A DNA stretch of 45,671 nucleotides from Candidatus Methylomirabilia bacterium (GCA_041497895.1 JBGQHJ010000021.1:1-45671); one strand, 5' to 3'; positions 27,583-37,951 are shown, counted from the stretch's first letter. The notes: generated from the sequence alone by a model not told the origin. A program made the numbers and translations.

Positions 27583-28644
27583 TCAGGCCGCCTCGCGGCG
27601 GATGTCCCGCACCAGCTCACGCAGGATCCCCTGCTCGCGCGAGGTGCCGGCGGGGATGCTGAACTCCACGTCGGTCACGAGCCCCCGGTAGCGGTCCACC
27701 ACCTTTCGCCCGATCTCCGCGTACGTTCCCACCACCGCGTAGGTGTGCAGCACCTCGTCGCTGATGCGCGACGGCATCTCCTCCCATCGCTGAGCGCGCG
27801 AGAGCACCGCCAGCTCCGCGGCCAGCGCACCGAGTCCGTGCACCTCGAAGGCGGCGCGGTAGCCCGGGGTCGAGGCGTAGAACGCGACGCGGGCCCGCAC
27901 GTCCCGGACGCGCTGCGCGAGCGTGGCCTCGTCCGGGGCCGCGCACACCAGCGGCTTCATGGCCACCGCGAGCCCCGGATCGCGCCCGGCCGCGGCCGCG
28001 CCCGCGCGCATCGCGGGCAGCATGACGTCGCGGATGTAGCGCGGGGTGCACACCGGATGCGGCCGCAGCCCGTCCGCCACCTCGCCCGCGACACGGCACA
28101 TGGTCGGGTTCACCGCGGCCAGATGGATCGGGATGTCCGGGTGCGCGATCGGGCCCGGATCGAACAGTGGCACCATCAGGCTCAGGGTGTAGTGCGCGCT
28201 CTCGAAGGCGAGCGGCGTGCGCCGCTGCCAGGCGCTCCATACCGCGCGCACCGCCCGCACGTAGTCGCGCATCCACGGCCCCGGCGGGCGGTAGGCGAGG
28301 CCGAAGCGCCGCGTGATGTGGCCGCGCACCTGGCTGCCCAGGCCGAGCACGAAGCGGCCGCCCGAGAGCTTCTGGATGCTCCACGCCGACATCGCGGTGA
28401 TGGTGGGGCTGCGCGGGAACGCCATCGCCACCGCGGTGGTGAGCCGGAGGCGGGTGGTGCCCGCGGCGGCCAGCGCCATCACCACGTAGGGATCGACCTT
28501 CGTCTCCTCCACCGCGAGGCCGTCGTAACCGAGCGCCTCGACCAGGCGCGCGTCCTCCATCACCCGGCCCAGGTCGAGCGGGACCTCCGCGGCGCGCAGG
28601 CCGGGGTCGAGCTTGCCGAGGGGCAGCAGCGTCTCGACGCGCAT
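27583..28644 (-). CDS. LLM-class (putatively F420-dependent) oxidoreductase, TIGR03617-like
   Basis: MRVETLLPLGKLDPGL, AFPRSP, GRFVLGLGSQVRGHITRRFG and FYASTPGY motifs; TAGCAT 8 nt before the ATG. Confidence 0.88.
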   Translation of the reverse strand: MRVETLLPLGKLDPGLRAAEVPLDLGRVMEDARLVEALGYDGLAVEETKVDPYVVMALAAAGTTRLRLTTAVAMAFPRSPTITAMSAWSIQKLSGGRFVLGLGSQVRGHITRRFGLAYRPPGPWMRDYVRAVRAVWSAWQRRTPLAFESAHYTLSLMVPLFDPGPIAHPDIPIHLAAVNPTMCRVAGEVADGLRPHPVCTPRYIRDVMLPAMRAGAAAAGRDPGLAVAMKPLVCAAPDEATLAQRVRDVRARVAFYASTPGYRAAFEVHGLGALAAELAVLSRAQRWEEMPSRISDEVLHTYAVVGTYAEIGRKVVDRYRGLVTDVEFSIPAGTSREQGILRELVRDIRREAA

Positions 28645-28710
28645 CGGCGGCCATGCTAGCGGATGCAATTCCGCCTGACAATGGGCGCGCGAGGGTTTAT
28701 CGTAGCCGCC

Positions 28711-29484
28711 GTGATCTCGGTCTTCGCCCTTTGCAGCGGCTACCTCGAGCTGGACCGCGCCAGCATGCTGGACGATCTCCCGGCCGGCCAGCCGTGGACG
28801 GTGCCGGTGATGAGCTTCCTGGTCGTGCACCCACGCGGACGGCTCCTCTTCGACACCGGTGTCCACTGCCGGACCCGCGTCGATCCGATCGGCCGCATGG
28901 GGCCCGAGCGGGCCAAGCGGCTCGTCGACAAGTCGAAGGACGGCGAGGACGTGGTCCCCCAGCTCGGCCTCCTCGGCCTCGGGCCGGACGACGTCCGCTA
29001 CGTGGTGAACTCGCACCTGCACTTCGACCACTGCGGCGGCAACGAGTTCTTCCCCCGCTCGACCTTCCTCGTGCAGAAGGCGGAGATGGAGGCGGCGCGC
29101 CGGCCGGGCTTCGCGCCCGGCTACAATCCGAGCCCGCTCGACTTCGATCATCCCCTCGACTACCGCCTGGTGGACGGCGAGCACGACGTGTGGGGCGACG
29201 GAAGCGTGATCCTGTTTCCCACCTTCGGCCACACCCCCGGGCACCAGTCCCTGCGCGTGCGCGCCGGGAAGGGCCGGGACCTGGTCTGCGCGGCCGACGC
29301 CTGCTACACGCGCGAGAACATGGATCGCGACGTGCTCCCGCGCATCCTGTGGAACGGCCCGACCATGCGCGAGTCGCTCGCCACGCTGCGCCGCCTGCGC
29401 GACCAGGCGGGGGCCACCGTCTTCTACGGCCACGACCCCGAGCAGTGGCGGTCGACGCCGCACGCCCCCGCCGCCGTCGTCTAG
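28711..29484 (+). CDS. Metallo-beta-lactamase-fold hydrolase, N-acyl homoserine lactonase family
   Basis: LFDTG, SHLHFDHCGG, GHTPGHQS and GHD motifs; CTGACA-17-TATCGT promoter 7 nt before GTG 28711. Confidence 0.88.
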   Translation: MISVFALCSGYLELDRASMLDDLPAGQPWTVPVMSFLVVHPRGRLLFDTGVHCRTRVDPIGRMGPERAKRLVDKSKDGEDVVPQLGLLGLGPDDVRYVVNSHLHFDHCGGNEFFPRSTFLVQKAEMEAARRPGFAPGYNPSPLDFDHPLDYRLVDGEHDVWGDGSVILFPTFGHTPGHQSLRVRAGKGRDLVCAADACYTRENMDRDVLPRILWNGPTMRESLATLRRLRDQAGATVFYGHDPEQWRSTPHAPAAVV

Positions 29485-29495
29485 CCGCGACCGCC

Positions 29496-30335
29496 GTGCT
29501 CACGACGCTCCTCGACGGCCTGACCTTCACCGAAGGACCGCGCTGGCACGACGGCCGCCTCTGGTTCTCCGACTTCTACACCCAGCGCGTCCTCGCGGTG
29601 ACCCCGGAGGGCCGCGTCGAGACGATCCTGGAGGTCCCGCAACGGCCCTCCGGTCTCGGGTGGCTGCCCGATGGAACCCTGCTCGTCGTCTCCATGCTCG
29701 ACCGGCGTCTCCTGCGCGTGGAGGGCGGCAAGCCCCGGCTCCACGCCGATCTGGCGTCGCTGGCCACCGGGCCCTGCAACGACATGGTGGTGGACGCCCG
29801 CGGCCGCGCCTACGTCGGCAACTTCGGCTTCGACCGCCACCGCGGCGAGGCGCCCCGCGCGGCGGTCCTGGCGCGCGTCGATCCCGACGGCACCCTCGTA
29901 CGGGCCGCCTCGGACCTGGAGTTCCCGAACGGCACCGTGATCACCCCCGACGGCCGCACCCTCGTGGTGGCCGAGACCATGGCGCACCGGCTGACCGCCT
30001 TCGACGTGGCCGCCGACGGCGCGCTCGCCAACCGCCGCGTCTGGGCCACGCTCGACGGCGTCTTCCCCGACGGCATCTGCCTCGACGCGGAGGGCGCGAT
30101 CTGGGTCACCGACGCGCGGGGCCCCGACGTCCTGCGGGTTCGCGGGGGCGGCGCGATCGAGCGGCGCATCCCGTCGGGCGCGGGGCGCCACGCCTTCGCC
30201 TGCATGCTGGGCGGCGCCGACCGCCGTACCCTCTACGTCTGCACCTGCACCGGCAGCGGGCCGGCGGTGGCCGACAAGCACGACGGCCGCATCGAGAGCG
30301 TCCGTGTGGACGTGGCTGGCGCCGGCCTCCCCTGA
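29496..30335 (+). CDS. SMP-30/gluconolactonase/LRE family protein
   Basis: FTEGPRWHDG, CNDMVVD, FPNG and PDGICLDAEG motifs. Confidence 0.92.
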   Translation: MLTTLLDGLTFTEGPRWHDGRLWFSDFYTQRVLAVTPEGRVETILEVPQRPSGLGWLPDGTLLVVSMLDRRLLRVEGGKPRLHADLASLATGPCNDMVVDARGRAYVGNFGFDRHRGEAPRAAVLARVDPDGTLVRAASDLEFPNGTVITPDGRTLVVAETMAHRLTAFDVAADGALANRRVWATLDGVFPDGICLDAEGAIWVTDARGPDVLRVRGGGAIERRIPSGAGRHAFACMLGGADRRTLYVCTCTGSGPAVADKHDGRIESVRVDVAGAGLP

Positions 30336-30357
30336 CCGACCCACGAAAGGCAACCAT

Positions 30358-31167
30358 ATGAGCGACGACGACCTGGAACTGGCCGGACGGGTGGCGATCG
30401 TCACCGGCGGCGGCGCCGCCGGCGACGGCATCGGTAACGGGCGCGCCGCCTGCATCCTGCTCGCGCGCAGCGGGACCAGCGTCCTGGTCGTCGACCGGGA
30501 GGAGGGCCTCGCCAAGCGAACCGTCGACATGATCACCGGTGAAGGCGGCAAGGCCTCCGCCCTCTCGGTGGACGTCACCGACGAGGCGCAGTGCGCGGCG
30601 ATGGCGCGCGAGGCGGTCGCCCGCTACGGCCGCCTCGACTTCCTGATCAACAACGTGGGCATCGGCAGCAAGGGCAGCGTGGTGGAGGAGAAGCCCGAGA
30701 CCTGGCGCCGGGTCATGCAGGTCAACGTCGAGACCATGTTCCTCGCCTCCAAGGCCGCGATCCCCGAGATGATCCGCACCGCCAAGGGCGGGGCCATCGT
30801 CAACATCTCCTCGATCTCCGCCCTGCGCCCGCGCGGGCTCACCACCTACTCCGCCTCGAAGGGCGCGGTGATCGCGCTCAGCCGGGCCATGGCGGTGGAC
30901 CACGGCCCCGACGGCATCCGCGTCAACTGCATCGCCCCCGGCCCGATGTACACCCCGATGGTCTACGCGCGCGGCATGACCCCGGCGGCCCGCGATCAGC
31001 GGCGGCGCGCCTCCGTGCTCGCCCGCGAGGGCACCGGCTGGGACATCGGCCAGGCCGCACGCTTCCTGCTGTCGGGCCACGCCCGCTACATCACCGGCCA
31101 GGTCCTGGTGGTCGACGGCGGCGCCACCCTCGTCGGCCCCGCCCGCGAATCCCAGACCGAACACTAG
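30358..31167 (+). CDS. SDR family oxidoreductase
   Basis: VTGGG..GDGIGNG, NNVG, YSASK and RVNCIAPG motifs. Confidence 0.93.
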   Translation: MSDDDLELAGRVAIVTGGGAAGDGIGNGRAACILLARSGTSVLVVDREEGLAKRTVDMITGEGGKASALSVDVTDEAQCAAMAREAVARYGRLDFLINNVGIGSKGSVVEEKPETWRRVMQVNVETMFLASKAAIPEMIRTAKGGAIVNISSISALRPRGLTTYSASKGAVIALSRAMAVDHGPDGIRVNCIAPGPMYTPMVYARGMTPAARDQRRRASVLAREGTGWDIGQAARFLLSGHARYITGQVLVVDGGATLVGPARESQTEH

Positions 31168-31179
31168 ACCGAACCCAAT

Positions 31180-31331
31180 CTATCTATGAACGGCCTCGAC
31201 CGAGACCGGACGGGTGGCGCCGTGGGGGGCCGCCGGGCAGACGAGCGCAGTGGGCCCCCCGAGTCCGGTGCGCCGCTCGAAGAGACGGCGACAGGACCCG
31301 TCCGCCTCGCGCGTTGTCCGTTCATGAATAG
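31180..31331. repeat. Nested inverted-repeat intergenic element
   Basis: ATGAACGG/CCGTTCAT, GGACGGGT/ACCCGTCC and GGGGGGCC/GGCCCCCC nested perfect 8-bp stems. Confidence 0.6.
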
Positions 31332-31365
31332 GTCGAGCTAGGCCCCAACTTTCGAGGAGGCCACG

Positions 31366-32301
31366 ATGCGCTTCGGCATGTTCACGAGCATGGGCAACCA
31401 GACGTGGCCCGGCGTCCTCGAGCTGTGGCAGCACGCGGAGCGCACCGGCTGGGACGCGGCCTGCGTCACCGACCACTTCATGCCGAACACCAGGGAGCGC
31501 GAGGGCGCCATGCTCGAGGGCTGGAGCACGCTCACCGCGCTGGCCGCGCTGGTGCCGCGTCTGCAGGTCGGCACCATCGTGCTCGGCAATACGTATCGCC
31601 ATCCCGCGGTGGTGGCCAAGATGGCGGCCCAGGTCGACATCATCTCGGGCGGGCGGCTCTTGCTGGGCCTGGGCGCGGGCTGGCAGGAGAACGAGCACGA
31701 GGCCTACGGGATCCCCTTCTACACGATGCGCGAGCGCCTCGAGCGGCTCGACGAGGCCTGCCAGGTGCTCAAGGCGCTGTGGACGCAGGACCGCAGCACG
31801 TTCAAGGGCCGATACTACACGCTCTCCGACGCCCCGCTCCAGCCGAAGGCGGTGCGGAAGCCCCACCCCGAGCTGATGATCGGCGGCGGCGGCGAGAAGG
31901 TGACGCTGCGCACGGTGGCCCGGTACGCCGATCACTGGAACGTCTGGGGCGGCCCCAAGGTCCTCGCTCACAAGGGTCGCATCCTCGACGAGCACTGCGC
32001 GGCGGTGGGCCGCGATCCGAAGACCATCCGCCGCTCGGCCAACATGGCGCTGCTCATCACCGACAAGAAGGCCGAGGCCGACCGCCTCGCCGAGACCCTG
32101 GGCGCCCGCATGGGCCCGCACGCGGCCGACGCGCGTGACACCTGCCTGGCCGGCTCGCTCGAGCAGATCCGCGAGACCCTGGCGCAGCTCCAGGCGGCCC
32201 AGGTCGACACCCTGTTCATCCCGACGCTCTTCCGCCCGCTGCCCGAGCTGCGCCGGGATCTCGACCGCCTGATGGGGGAGCTCGCGCCCGCCTTCCGCTG
32301 A
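31366..32301 (+). CDS. LLM-class (putatively F420-dependent) oxidoreductase, TIGR03560-like
   Basis: TDHFMP, LEGWSTL, NTYRHPAVVAKMA, GRLLLGLGAGWQENEH and IGGGGEK motifs. Confidence 0.9.
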   Translation: MRFGMFTSMGNQTWPGVLELWQHAERTGWDAACVTDHFMPNTREREGAMLEGWSTLTALAALVPRLQVGTIVLGNTYRHPAVVAKMAAQVDIISGGRLLLGLGAGWQENEHEAYGIPFYTMRERLERLDEACQVLKALWTQDRSTFKGRYYTLSDAPLQPKAVRKPHPELMIGGGGEKVTLRTVARYADHWNVWGGPKVLAHKGRILDEHCAAVGRDPKTIRRSANMALLITDKKAEADRLAETLGARMGPHAADARDTCLAGSLEQIRETLAQLQAAQVDTLFIPTLFRPLPELRRDLDRLMGELAPAFR

Positions 32302-32348
32302 GCCTTCCCGGGTAGGCTGACGGCGGCCGGCGAGGCATACTGAGGGGC

Positions 32349-35300
32349 GTGACCCGCCGTCGTCTCTGGACCACGCTCGGCGTCGCCGTCCTGGGCGGTC
32401 TCGCGCTGTCCGCCGCCGCGCTCTGGATCGCCCTGCCGAGCCTCGCGCGCTGGGTGCTCGTCCGGCAGGTGGAGAGTCAGACCGGCCGCCGCCTGACCAT
32501 GGCCGGGTTCGCTCTCGATCTCCGCGGCGGCCACCTGCGGATCGACGGCTTTCGCCTGGACGACCGCGAGCCGGGCACGCCGCTGGCCGAGTTCGACCGG
32601 CTCGACGTGCGCTTCCGCCCGGCCCGCCTGCTGCGCGGCCACGTCGACATCGAGGACGTGACCCTGCAGGCGCCGCGTCTGCACATCGTCCGCACCGGCC
32701 GCGGCGTGCTCAACATCTCGGACCTGCTCGGGTCGTCCAGGTCGAGATCGGGCGGCGCCCCGTTCACCCTCGGCCGCCTCGCGCTCACCGGCGGCACCGT
32801 CGTCTTCGAGGACCGGACGCTTTCGCCGCCGCGCACGTGGCGGGCCGAGGCGCTCACCATCGACGCGGCCGCGCTGTCCACCGTGAGCCCGGAGCCGCGC
32901 GGCAGCGTCCGCCTGACCACCACGGTGGCCGGCGCGCCCCTCGCGGTGGAGGCCTCCGGCGTCCGCCTGCAGCCCCTCGCGGGGCGCGCGCGCGTCACCC
33001 TCCGCGACGTGGACGCCACGCTCGCCAACCTCTACCTGCCGCCCGACACCGCGGTGGTGCTGGAGAAGGCGGTGATCGGTGCCGCGGTGGAGGCCACCCT
33101 CGACGCCCAGGGTGGCGTGGGCCTGGACGGGCAGGCGCGGATCGACGACCTGACGGTCCGGCGCCGCGGCGTGGACGCCTCGCTGGTCACGGTGCCGCGC
33201 CTCGCCTTCACCCTGACCAGCGGCAAGGCGCCCGACGGCCACCTGCTCGGGCGCGTGGAGATGACCGGACGCGCCACCGTGTACGATCCGCGACCCGGCA
33301 AGTCGAACCGGTTCGAGATCGAGCGCATCCGGCTCGTGGCCGACGGCCTCGACGCCACCGGCCGCTCCCCCGCGACCGTCTCCCTCACCGCCGGGCTGCC
33401 GGGTGGCGGCGCCTTCGACGTCGACGGCACCGCGACCGCCGCCCCCGCCGGCGCCGCGCTGCGCGCGCGGGTGAGCCGCGTCGACCTCGCCTTCTGGGCT
33501 CCGTACTTCTCGCTGCCGCTCGACTTCTCCGGCATGGCCCGGACCGAGCTGACGGTGGACGCGACCGCGACCGGCGCGCGCGTCCGTGGCCGCGCCACCC
33601 TCGAGGCGGCCGCCGTCTCGGACGGCGCGCGCCGGCTGGCCGCCGCCGACCAGCTCGAGCTGAGCGGGCTCGACCTGCAGTGGCCGAAGGCGCGTGTGGA
33701 GCGCGTGCGGCTCGGGCGCCCGCGCGCGCGCATCGGGCGCGATCGTGAGGGGCGCCTGAGCGTGATGGACGTGGTCGAATCACTCAAGGGCGCCGCGGGG
33801 TCGACGCCGACCGCGGCGGCGCCCGCCCCGGCCGCGAAGGCCGCGCTGCCGTCCGACTTCTCCATCGAGGTCGGTGAGGTCTCCGTCGAGGACGGCCGGC
33901 TGCGGCTCGACGACGCCACGGTGGAGCCGCCCGCGCGCCTCCGCCTGGCGCCCATCCGCCTCACCGCGCGCGATCTCACCTGGCCGAGCCGCGGCCCCGC
34001 GACCGTGCAGCTCAGCGTGGCCACGCCGGAGGCCGGGACGATCGAGACCCAGGGCACCATCGCGCTCGATCCGGTGCGCTTCGACCTGCGCACCCGCGTG
34101 ACCGGCGTCGCGCTCGCCCCGTACCGCTCGTACGTGCCGCTCGCCGCGCGGCTCGCGGGCCGGCTCGAGGCCGATCTGACCGCGAAGGGCACGCTCGGGG
34201 CCAAGCTCGAGATCGGCGCGCGTGGCCGCGCGGCGTTCTCGGACCTCGCGTTCACCGACGGCAACCGCTCCTTCCTCACCGTCGGTCGCCTCGAGATGGC
34301 CGGCCTCGACTACACCTGGCCCGCCACCGCGACGATCGACCGCGTGCACATGCAAAAGTCGTGGGTGCTCCTCGAGCGGCGCGCCGACGGCTCGCTGCCG
34401 CTGGCCGCCGTCTTCACCGCCCCGCGCCCGGCCGCGCGCGCGCCCGCGGCGGCCGCGCCGCCGGCCGGCCCGCCGCCCGCGGTCAGCGTGTCGGTGCGCG
34501 AGGTGCTGTTCGAGAACGGCGCCGCCACCGTCCTGGACGCGGCGGTGAGCCCGGCCGCGCGCATCGAGGTGGCCGGGGTGCGACTGGCCGCCCGCGATTT
34601 CACCTGGCCGGCGCGGGCACCGGTCCCGGTGACCCTCGACGCGCCCACCCCGGGCGCGGGCACGCTCGGCGCGCGCGGCACGCTCGACCTCGCGGCGCGC
34701 ACGCTCCAGATGCAGCTCACGCCGAGCGGTGTGGACCTGGCCCCCATGCAGCCCTACCTGCCCCTCCGCGGACGCGTGGCGGGCCGGGCGAGCGGCGACC
34801 TCCAGCTCAAGGCCGCGCTCGAGCCGCTCGCCATCACCGCGCGCGGCACCGCCGCCGTGACCGACATGGCCCTGGCCGACGCGAGCCAGCCGCTCACCAC
34901 CGCGGCGCGCGTCGAGGCCACCGGGATCGAGTGGACGTGGCCCGCGACGCTGACCGTCGACCGGGTCACGCTCCGCAAGCCATGGGCCCGGGTCGAGCGC
35001 GCCGCCGACGGCTCCTTCCCGCTGCGGGCCCTGCTGGAGCCGCCCGCCCCCGCGCCGGGCCCGGCGGCGCCTCCCAGGCCGGACGAGCGGCGTGAGGTGG
35101 CGGCGAGCGGCGGCCCGGCGCGACCGCTCGACCTGCGCGTGCAGACCGCGGTCATGGAAGGCGGCTCGGCCGCCATCGTGGACTCGACGGTGAGACCGGC
35201 CGCGCGCGCCGAGATCCGCGACGCGAGCCTCCTGGTCCGGACCTTCACGTGGCCCGCGCGCGAGCCGTCCGAGGTGCAGCTGCGCGCGACCACCGGCACC

Positions 35301-36905
35301 GGCGGCTCGGTGGAGGCGCGCGGCCAGGTTCGTCTCGACACGCCGGCCGTCGATCTGCAGCTCACGCTCAAGCAGATGGATCTCGAGACCGCGCAGGCGT
35401 TCCTGCCCTCGCGCGGCACGCTGGCCGGCAAGCTGGACGCGGAGGTGCACGTCCGCGGCACGCTCGACCCCCTGGCCGGGACCGCCACCGGCCAGCTCGC
35501 GATCGACGACACGATCTGGGGCGACGGCCAGCGCATGCTCGCCTACATCAAGCGCGTGGACGTGGCGGGCCTCGACGCCGACTGGCCCCGCCGGGTGACC
35601 CTCCAGCGCCTCGCCATCGACAAGCCGTGGATGCTCCTGGAGCGCGACGCCGACGGGAGCCTGCCGATCCTCGCGCTGCTCTTGCCCAACGGGATCGCCC
35701 CGGCCGCGCCGCCCGCGCCCACCCGATCGGCGCCCGCCGCGGGCGCGCGCCCGCCGACGGCGGACGGCGCCGCGCCCGCCCTCACGGTGGGCGCGCTCGC
35801 GGTCGACGAGGGCTTCGTCCGCTTCGTGGACCGCACCACCGAGCCCGACTTCGCCGAGGAGGTCTCGCGCATCGCGGTGACCGGCCGCGGCCTCGGCACC
35901 ACGCGCGACGCGCGGGGGCAGCTCACGCTCGCGGGCCGGGTCGGCAGCGCGCCGTTCGAGCTCAAGGGCACGGTGGGGGCGCTCGCGAGCCCGCTCAACC
36001 TCGATCTCGAGGGCAAGCTGACCGACTACCCGCTCCCGCGCGTCAATCCCTACAGCAACCAGCTCATCGGCTGGATCGCGCGGCGCGGCGCGTTCGGTAC
36101 CACCGTGCGCTACCGCGTGACCAACGACGTCCTCGCCGCCACCCACGACATCGTCCTGGGCCAGCCGGACTTCGCGCCCTCGCGCCGCGGCGACGCGGTG
36201 CGGGAGCGCGTCGGGGTGCCGCTCGGCACGCTGATCTCGCTGCTCAAGAACGCCAAGGGCGAGGTACGCCTGCCGGTGCCGGTCTCGGGCAACGTGGCCA
36301 CCCGGCAGTTCGACTTCACCGACGCCTTCTGGCAGGCGGTGCGGAAGACCGCGATCTCGGTGATGGCGCTGCCGGTGAGCTGGGTGGGGAAGATCTTCTA
36401 CACCGAGGACGCGCGGGTCGAGACCATCCGCATCTGGCCGGTGTACTTCGAGCCGGGCAGCACGACCTTCGCCAAGGACTTCGACCGGCACGCAGATCGG
36501 CTCGCCGGATTCCTGCGCGACGCGCCGGGGGTCGCGCTCACCATGAAGCCGGTGCTCACGGTGGACGACATCGTGGCGCTCAAGCGCGACGCGGTCCGCC
36601 GGCGCATCGAGGCGGCCGCGCGCGAGCCTGGTCAGGCGGACGCGGTCGCGGCCCGGCTCTTCGCGGAGCGCTTCCCGGGCCGCGCGGCGCCCGGAGGGCT
36701 CGACGCCATCGTGGCCGAGCTCGCCAAGGACGAGCCGAGCCCGGACGCGGCGGCCCGAGCGCTCGCGGCCCGGCGGATGGAGACCACGCTGGCGCGGCTG
36801 CGAGCGGGCGGCAAGGTGAGCCCGGACCGCCTGCGCGTCAGCGAGGGCGTGGTGCCGGTCGAGAGCGAAGGCCTCGGCCGGATCGAGTTCGAGATCGCGT
36901 CCTAG
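32349..36905 (+). CDS. DUF748/AsmA-like protein, 1518 aa, with internal repeats
   Basis: N-terminal TM anchor, repeated beta-rich modules, C-terminal GVPLGTLISLLKNAKGEVRLPVPVSG typical of DUF748 proteins. Confidence 0.8.
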   Translation: MTRRRLWTTLGVAVLGGLALSAAALWIALPSLARWVLVRQVESQTGRRLTMAGFALDLRGGHLRIDGFRLDDREPGTPLAEFDRLDVRFRPARLLRGHVDIEDVTLQAPRLHIVRTGRGVLNISDLLGSSRSRSGGAPFTLGRLALTGGTVVFEDRTLSPPRTWRAEALTIDAAALSTVSPEPRGSVRLTTTVAGAPLAVEASGVRLQPLAGRARVTLRDVDATLANLYLPPDTAVVLEKAVIGAAVEATLDAQGGVGLDGQARIDDLTVRRRGVDASLVTVPRLAFTLTSGKAPDGHLLGRVEMTGRATVYDPRPGKSNRFEIERIRLVADGLDATGRSPATVSLTAGLPGGGAFDVDGTATAAPAGAALRARVSRVDLAFWAPYFSLPLDFSGMARTELTVDATATGARVRGRATLEAAAVSDGARRLAAADQLELSGLDLQWPKARVERVRLGRPRARIGRDREGRLSVMDVVESLKGAAGSTPTAAAPAPAAKAALPSDFSIEVGEVSVEDGRLRLDDATVEPPARLRLAPIRLTARDLTWPSRGPATVQLSVATPEAGTIETQGTIALDPVRFDLRTRVTGVALAPYRSYVPLAARLAGRLEADLTAKGTLGAKLEIGARGRAAFSDLAFTDGNRSFLTVGRLEMAGLDYTWPATATIDRVHMQKSWVLLERRADGSLPLAAVFTAPRPAARAPAAAAPPAGPPPAVSVSVREVLFENGAATVLDAAVSPAARIEVAGVRLAARDFTWPARAPVPVTLDAPTPGAGTLGARGTLDLAARTLQMQLTPSGVDLAPMQPYLPLRGRVAGRASGDLQLKAALEPLAITARGTAAVTDMALADASQPLTTAARVEATGIEWTWPATLTVDRVTLRKPWARVERAADGSFPLRALLEPPAPAPGPAAPPRPDERREVAASGGPARPLDLRVQTAVMEGGSAAIVDSTVRPAARAEIRDASLLVRTFTWPAREPSEVQLRATTGTGGSVEARGQVRLDTPAVDLQLTLKQMDLETAQAFLPSRGTLAGKLDAEVHVRGTLDPLAGTATGQLAIDDTIWGDGQRMLAYIKRVDVAGLDADWPRRVTLQRLAIDKPWMLLERDADGSLPILALLLPNGIAPAAPPAPTRSAPAAGARPPTADGAAPALTVGALAVDEGFVRFVDRTTEPDFAEEVSRIAVTGRGLGTTRDARGQLTLAGRVGSAPFELKGTVGALASPLNLDLEGKLTDYPLPRVNPYSNQLIGWIARRGAFGTTVRYRVTNDVLAATHDIVLGQPDFAPSRRGDAVRERVGVPLGTLISLLKNAKGEVRLPVPVSGNVATRQFDFTDAFWQAVRKTAISVMALPVSWVGKIFYTEDARVETIRIWPVYFEPGSTTFAKDFDRHADRLAGFLRDAPGVALTMKPVLTVDDIVALKRDAVRRRIEAAAREPGQADAVAARLFAERFPGRAAPGGLDAIVAELAKDEPSPDAAARALAARRMETTLARLRAGGKVSPDRLRVSEGVVPVESEGLGRIEFEIAS

Positions 36906-37483
36906 CGCCGGGCGGGCGCCGAGCCGAACACCGGGTAGTCGACCCGGTCCACCATCGCCTCCGGCCCCTCGGTCGGCAGCACCTCGGCGTAGTTCTGCGC
37001 CGCGTCGATGTCGTGCTCCCAGATCTCGCGCGGCAGCTCGTAGAGCACCTCGATGCCATGCCCGTCCGGGTCGGAGATGTAGACGCTGTGGGTCATGCCG
37101 TGGTTGATGCGCCGGTGGAAGGTGACGCCCTTGTCCCGGAGGAACTCGACCTGCTTGAGCCAGGACTCGCGGTCGGGCCACGCGATGGCCACGTGGTTGA
37201 GCCCCACGCCCCCGCGCATCAGGCTCCAGGTCTCGGCCTCGCCCGCCGCCGCGCCCTCGCGCTTCGGCGCCTCGGCCAGGGCCAGGTCGTGGTGGGTCAC
37301 GTCGCCGCCCTCGGACACGCCGCTGTAGAAGCGCATCTTGGGCCGCACGCGGTCGGGCCGGGGCTTGAGCTCGGCCACGCAGCGGAAGCCCATGATCTCG
37401 GTCCAGAAGCGATGCGAGATCTCGATGTCGCGCACGTTGAGGACCACGTGATTGATGCCGCGAGGCGCCTGTGCCTGTGCCAT
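36902..37483 (-). CDS. VOC (glyoxalase/dioxygenase) family protein
   Basis: INHVVLNVRD, HHDLAL, LNHVAI and SVYISDPDGHGIEV motifs. Confidence 0.9.
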   Translation of the reverse strand: MAQAQAPRGINHVVLNVRDIEISHRFWTEIMGFRCVAELKPRPDRVRPKMRFYSGVSEGGDVTHHDLALAEAPKREGAAAGEAETWSLMRGGVGLNHVAIAWPDRESWLKQVEFLRDKGVTFHRRINHGMTHSVYISDPDGHGIEVLYELPREIWEHDIDAAQNYAEVLPTEGPEAMVDRVDYPVFGSAPARR

Positions 37484-37501
37484 GGAGTGACCTCCGCCGG
37501 G

Positions 37502-37951
37502 CTAGAACATCCCGTTGCCGTTCGCTGCTTTTTCCGGAATCGGCTGCACCACGTCCCAGTGCTCCACGATCTTGCCGTTCTCCAGCTTGAAGAGATCGAC
37601 GATGGCCGAGCCGCGCTCGCCCGGGGTGCGCACCGCGTGCACGTGGAGGATCACGTAGTCCCCGTCCGCGAGCACCCGCTTGATCTCGCTGTGCGACTGG
37701 GGGAACTTCTCGCGCAGAAATTCCAGGAACGCCTTGAAGCCCTCGACGCCGTCGGGGGCGTTGGGGTTGTGCTGCACGTAGCGGCCACCGAAGTACGGGG
37801 CGGCCGCCTCGAAGTCCTTCTGGTTGAGCGCCTTCTCGTAGAACTCGACGACCGTCTTCTTGTTGGCCTCTTCCCGCTCGCCCGCGGGCGCGAGCGAGGG
37901 GCCCGCCGCGACCAGGAGGGCCGCCACCACCAGGGCCGGGATCCGCGTCAT
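37502..37951 (-). CDS. Secreted SnoaL/NTF2-like protein
   Basis: ANKKTVVEFY, YVQHNP..PDG and GKIVEHWDV motifs; TATGAT 7 nt before ATG 37951. Confidence 0.88.
   Translation of the reverse strand: MTRIPALVVAALLVAAGPSLAPAGEREEANKKTVVEFYEKALNQKDFEAAAPYFGGRYVQHNPNAPDGVEGFKAFLEFLREKFPQSHSEIKRVLADGDYVILHVHAVRTPGERGSAIVDLFKLENGKIVEHWDVVQPIPEKAANGNGMF

Noticed and set aside
28711..30335. Dedicated quorum-quenching system (two lactonase-like genes)
   Set aside because: Both families are broad in substrate range and there is no LuxI/LuxR context; substrate cannot be inferred.
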